Assembly (NCBI GenBank): GCA_018985225.1 | Contig: JADGIF010000374.1 | Coordinates: 1-9,826, forward strand | Source of the DNA: Amoeboradix gromovi X-113 | Lineage: Eukaryota; Fungi; Sanchytriomycota | Direction of reading: 5' to 3' | DNA: 9,826 nt | Shown: positions 8,379-9,826 of the stretch, piece after piece | Position numbering within the stretch: the first letter of the stretch is position 1 | How the letters are laid out: the number at the start of each line of letters is the position of its first letter | Translations under genes and position numbers: made by a program | The notes under the pieces: model-generated | What the model was told of the DNA's origin: nothing | Seen by the model: only the letters and a program-made list of their open reading frames with translations | Database searches by the model: none

Positions 8379-8545
8379 TTCAATCTCTCAAGCGCTTCCA
8401 AATCCCATTTTCAAGACGCAAATGACCTGAAGAACAAATTCTTGGGGCGTACAATGTATTTTTCTATTTGCTAAGTTGAACGCCCACTTAAAATGTGAAT
8501 AGATTCAACCTCTCTCAAGTGTAGGCAGCTTGGTAATTACCGTTT
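8379..8545 (-). ncRNA. candidate omega-RNA / right-end region of the Fanzor2-like relic
   Basis: Directly 3' of the pseudogene. Perfect palindrome GGTAATTACC (8532-8541). Stem GTTGAA(8475-8480)/TTCAAC(8504-8509) with inner CAC/GTG. Crossing pairing ACGCCC(8480-8485)/GGGCGT(8445-8450). Hairpin AAGAA-caaa-TTCTT (8430-8443). Boundaries unknown. Confidence 0.3.
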
Positions 8546-9040
8546 TTACATATTCCTAACTACACAGATCAAGGGCTCCTGGACTTCTGGATTTTTATCT
8601 CTATGATCTGGGTGACCTCATGATGAACATTTAAACCTACGACCTTCTAAACAGCTATTGATCTGATTGCGTTTAAGACAAGTCACTGTTGAGTGAGCTC
8701 TATTAATAATGAATAAGCTTTGTCCATATAACTGACATTAGTGTATCAATGTTTATTTGAAAGTGCAAGGGCAAGTGACTGCGATTTAATTTCTTCATCA
8801 TATCTTGTGTAGCAAATTCAGGCAAGAAAATCACTAAAACTTACGAAGTTATTTGATGACTTGATAGTGTAAATTTGTAGACAAATCTTCGATACGTTTA
8901 TATCCACGTTTTCTTCCTTTTCTCTTGACAAATGGTATATTTTCCACGAGATTTGATAACAGTGATATCATTTTGTATCTTAAAATTTCGAATTTATAAA
9001 ATAATTACAAATTCATGCCTGCGGTTCCAATAGTTGCTTC
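8546..9040 (-). pseudogene. Fanzor2/TnpB-like RNA-guided endonuclease pseudogene (C-terminal half recognisable)
   Basis: Minus-strand motifs in correct order and spacing: KRGYKRIEDLSTNLHYQVIK*LRKF (from 8911); frameshift; VIFLPEFATQDMMKK (8834-8790); frameshift; FK*TLIH*CQLYGQSLFIINRAHSTVTCLKRNQINSCLEGRRFKCSS*GHPDHRDKN (8761-8591). Zn-ribbon positions: C 8680, R(cgc, from tgc) 8671, C 8629, *(tga, from tgy) 8620. RuvC-III Asp at 8599-8597. The 5' boundary is uncertain and RuvC-I was not recognised. Confidence 0.8.
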
Positions 9041-9286
9041 AAGACGCGAGGAATTTGTTGCTTTTAATAGATGCCTTTGTTTTAATCGAATAAATGACCA
9101 TCCTAATTACATAAACTTCTATTACCCGAAAATTCTTCCTATAATTTTATAATGGAATAAAAACCTAGTGATATGGCTACCTGTGAAGGCAAATGGCGGA
9201 AAAGACGCTTAGTAAAATATCATGAAGCATTCACTGGTCAAAAGTGTACAAATCTTGGAACTCTAAAGAAATCATTTGGAGCGATG

Positions 9287-9366
9287 GGGACATTAAATAT
9301 AAAAACTAGACCAGTCGTTTTTAAACGAGGTGCTCCGTAAGGAGGAAATGCTATTATTAATAAAAG
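9287..9366 (-). ncRNA. candidate Fanzor omega-RNA scaffold, copy B
   Basis: About 88% identical to 42-122. On the minus strand: hairpins CTCC-ttac-GGAG (9344-9333) and TCGTT-taaa-AACGA (9328-9315), plus an alternative TAAAAAC/GTTTTTA stem. Lies between the nuclease-like fragment and the element end. Confidence 0.3.
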
Positions 9367-9369
9367 TCT

Positions 9370-9535
9370 TTCTTCTTTCATTAATGTCATTCCTCTCTTT
9401 GAAATAAAACAAGATGACCCGCTATCTCTTTCAAATAAGGTCTTTGAGTTTCTAAGCAAAAGGTGCATTATCTTAGACGGTACTCTTTATCTGTTCCACT
9501 TTCTTTTTCTTCTTTCCACCTTTTGTATAACTTAT
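9370..9535 (-). pseudogene. Fanzor1-like C-terminal fragment (second CxxC of the Zn finger and RuvC-III-like segment)
   Basis: KLYKRWKEEKESGTDKEYRLR*CTFC (DKEYRLR*CTFC at 9491-9456), then after a 1-nt frameshift RNSKTLFERDSGSSCFISKRGMTLMKEER (Asp at 9426-9424). Resembles the Fanzor1 pattern LRxCxxC...RDxNAAxNI...G, but the NAAxNI part is divergent. Confidence 0.45.
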
Positions 9536-9826
9536 TTTTTGTTTTCTCTTCTTCTTATTAATCATTGTTTCTAGGATTTTGATGGACGAAAAGCTTTTAT
9601 ACTAAAATAATTTACTCGAACCAGTCAGATTAATTTAATTTAATTTACTATCGGTTAATACACGCTTGATATAATGATTCAAACTATTTCAGAAAGTTAG
9701 TCTAGTTTTTGTATTTGATGTCCCAATGTATATAAGCCATAACTTCGAAGCATATAGATATTAAATGGCAGCAATGATCTTGGATATCCATATTCAATAT
9801 AACCTTAGGGTAGCGGAAGTGAGAGC

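Larger units (their letters stand above)
9287..9724 (-). mobile_element. 438-bp non-autonomous TIR element (MITE-like, internally deleted putative Fanzor1 carrier)
   Basis: Ends GGGACATTAAATATAAAAACTAGAC (9287-9311) and GTCTAGTTTTTGTATTTGATGTCCC (9700-9724) are inverted repeats matching at 23/25. A third copy of the end lies at 93-123. Flanks GATG (9283-9286) and AATG (9725-9728) are at best an imperfect 4-bp TSD. Confidence 0.7.

Noticed and set aside
8410-9047. 10-bp direct repeat TTCAAGACGC at 8410-8419 and 9038-9047 as a possible TSD of the Fanzor2-like relic
   Set aside because: A single 10-mer match in ~1 kb is plausible by chance, and no element ends can be defined there.
9238-9468. 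76-aa minus-strand ORF as a standalone gene
   Set aside because: It begins inside a frameshifted relic and runs through the TIR into flank. It is better explained as part of the element.
9629-9647. TAATT-type short tandem run, plus a single TTAGGG near 9805-9810
   Set aside because: Low-complexity sequence or a single unit; not a CRISPR array or telomere.

Overview
AT-rich eukaryotic DNA, most likely from a compact, intron-poor early-diverging fungus (inference). There are two intact genes, transcribed divergently. (1) An intronless 2006-aa Ura2/CAD-type pyrimidine enzyme on the minus strand: GATase-CPSase-[catalytically dead, shrunken DHO-like]-ATCase. (2) A proteinase-K-family subtilisin on the plus strand, which is complete only if a 20-nt GT-AG micro-intron (8122-8141) is spliced. 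The apparently empty intergenic DNA holds relics of Fanzor/TnpB-type RNA-guided nuclease elements that the ORF track misses because of stops and frameshifts. These are a clear Fanzor2-like pseudogene (~8546-9040, minus) followed by a structured candidate omega-RNA region, and a 438-bp TIR-bounded non-autonomous element (9287-9724) with a Fanzor1-like C-terminal fragment. A second, inverted copy of that element's 3' end lies at 1-122, and a much weaker TnpB-like relic lies at ~6580-6785. All motif assignments were made by eye, without database searches.
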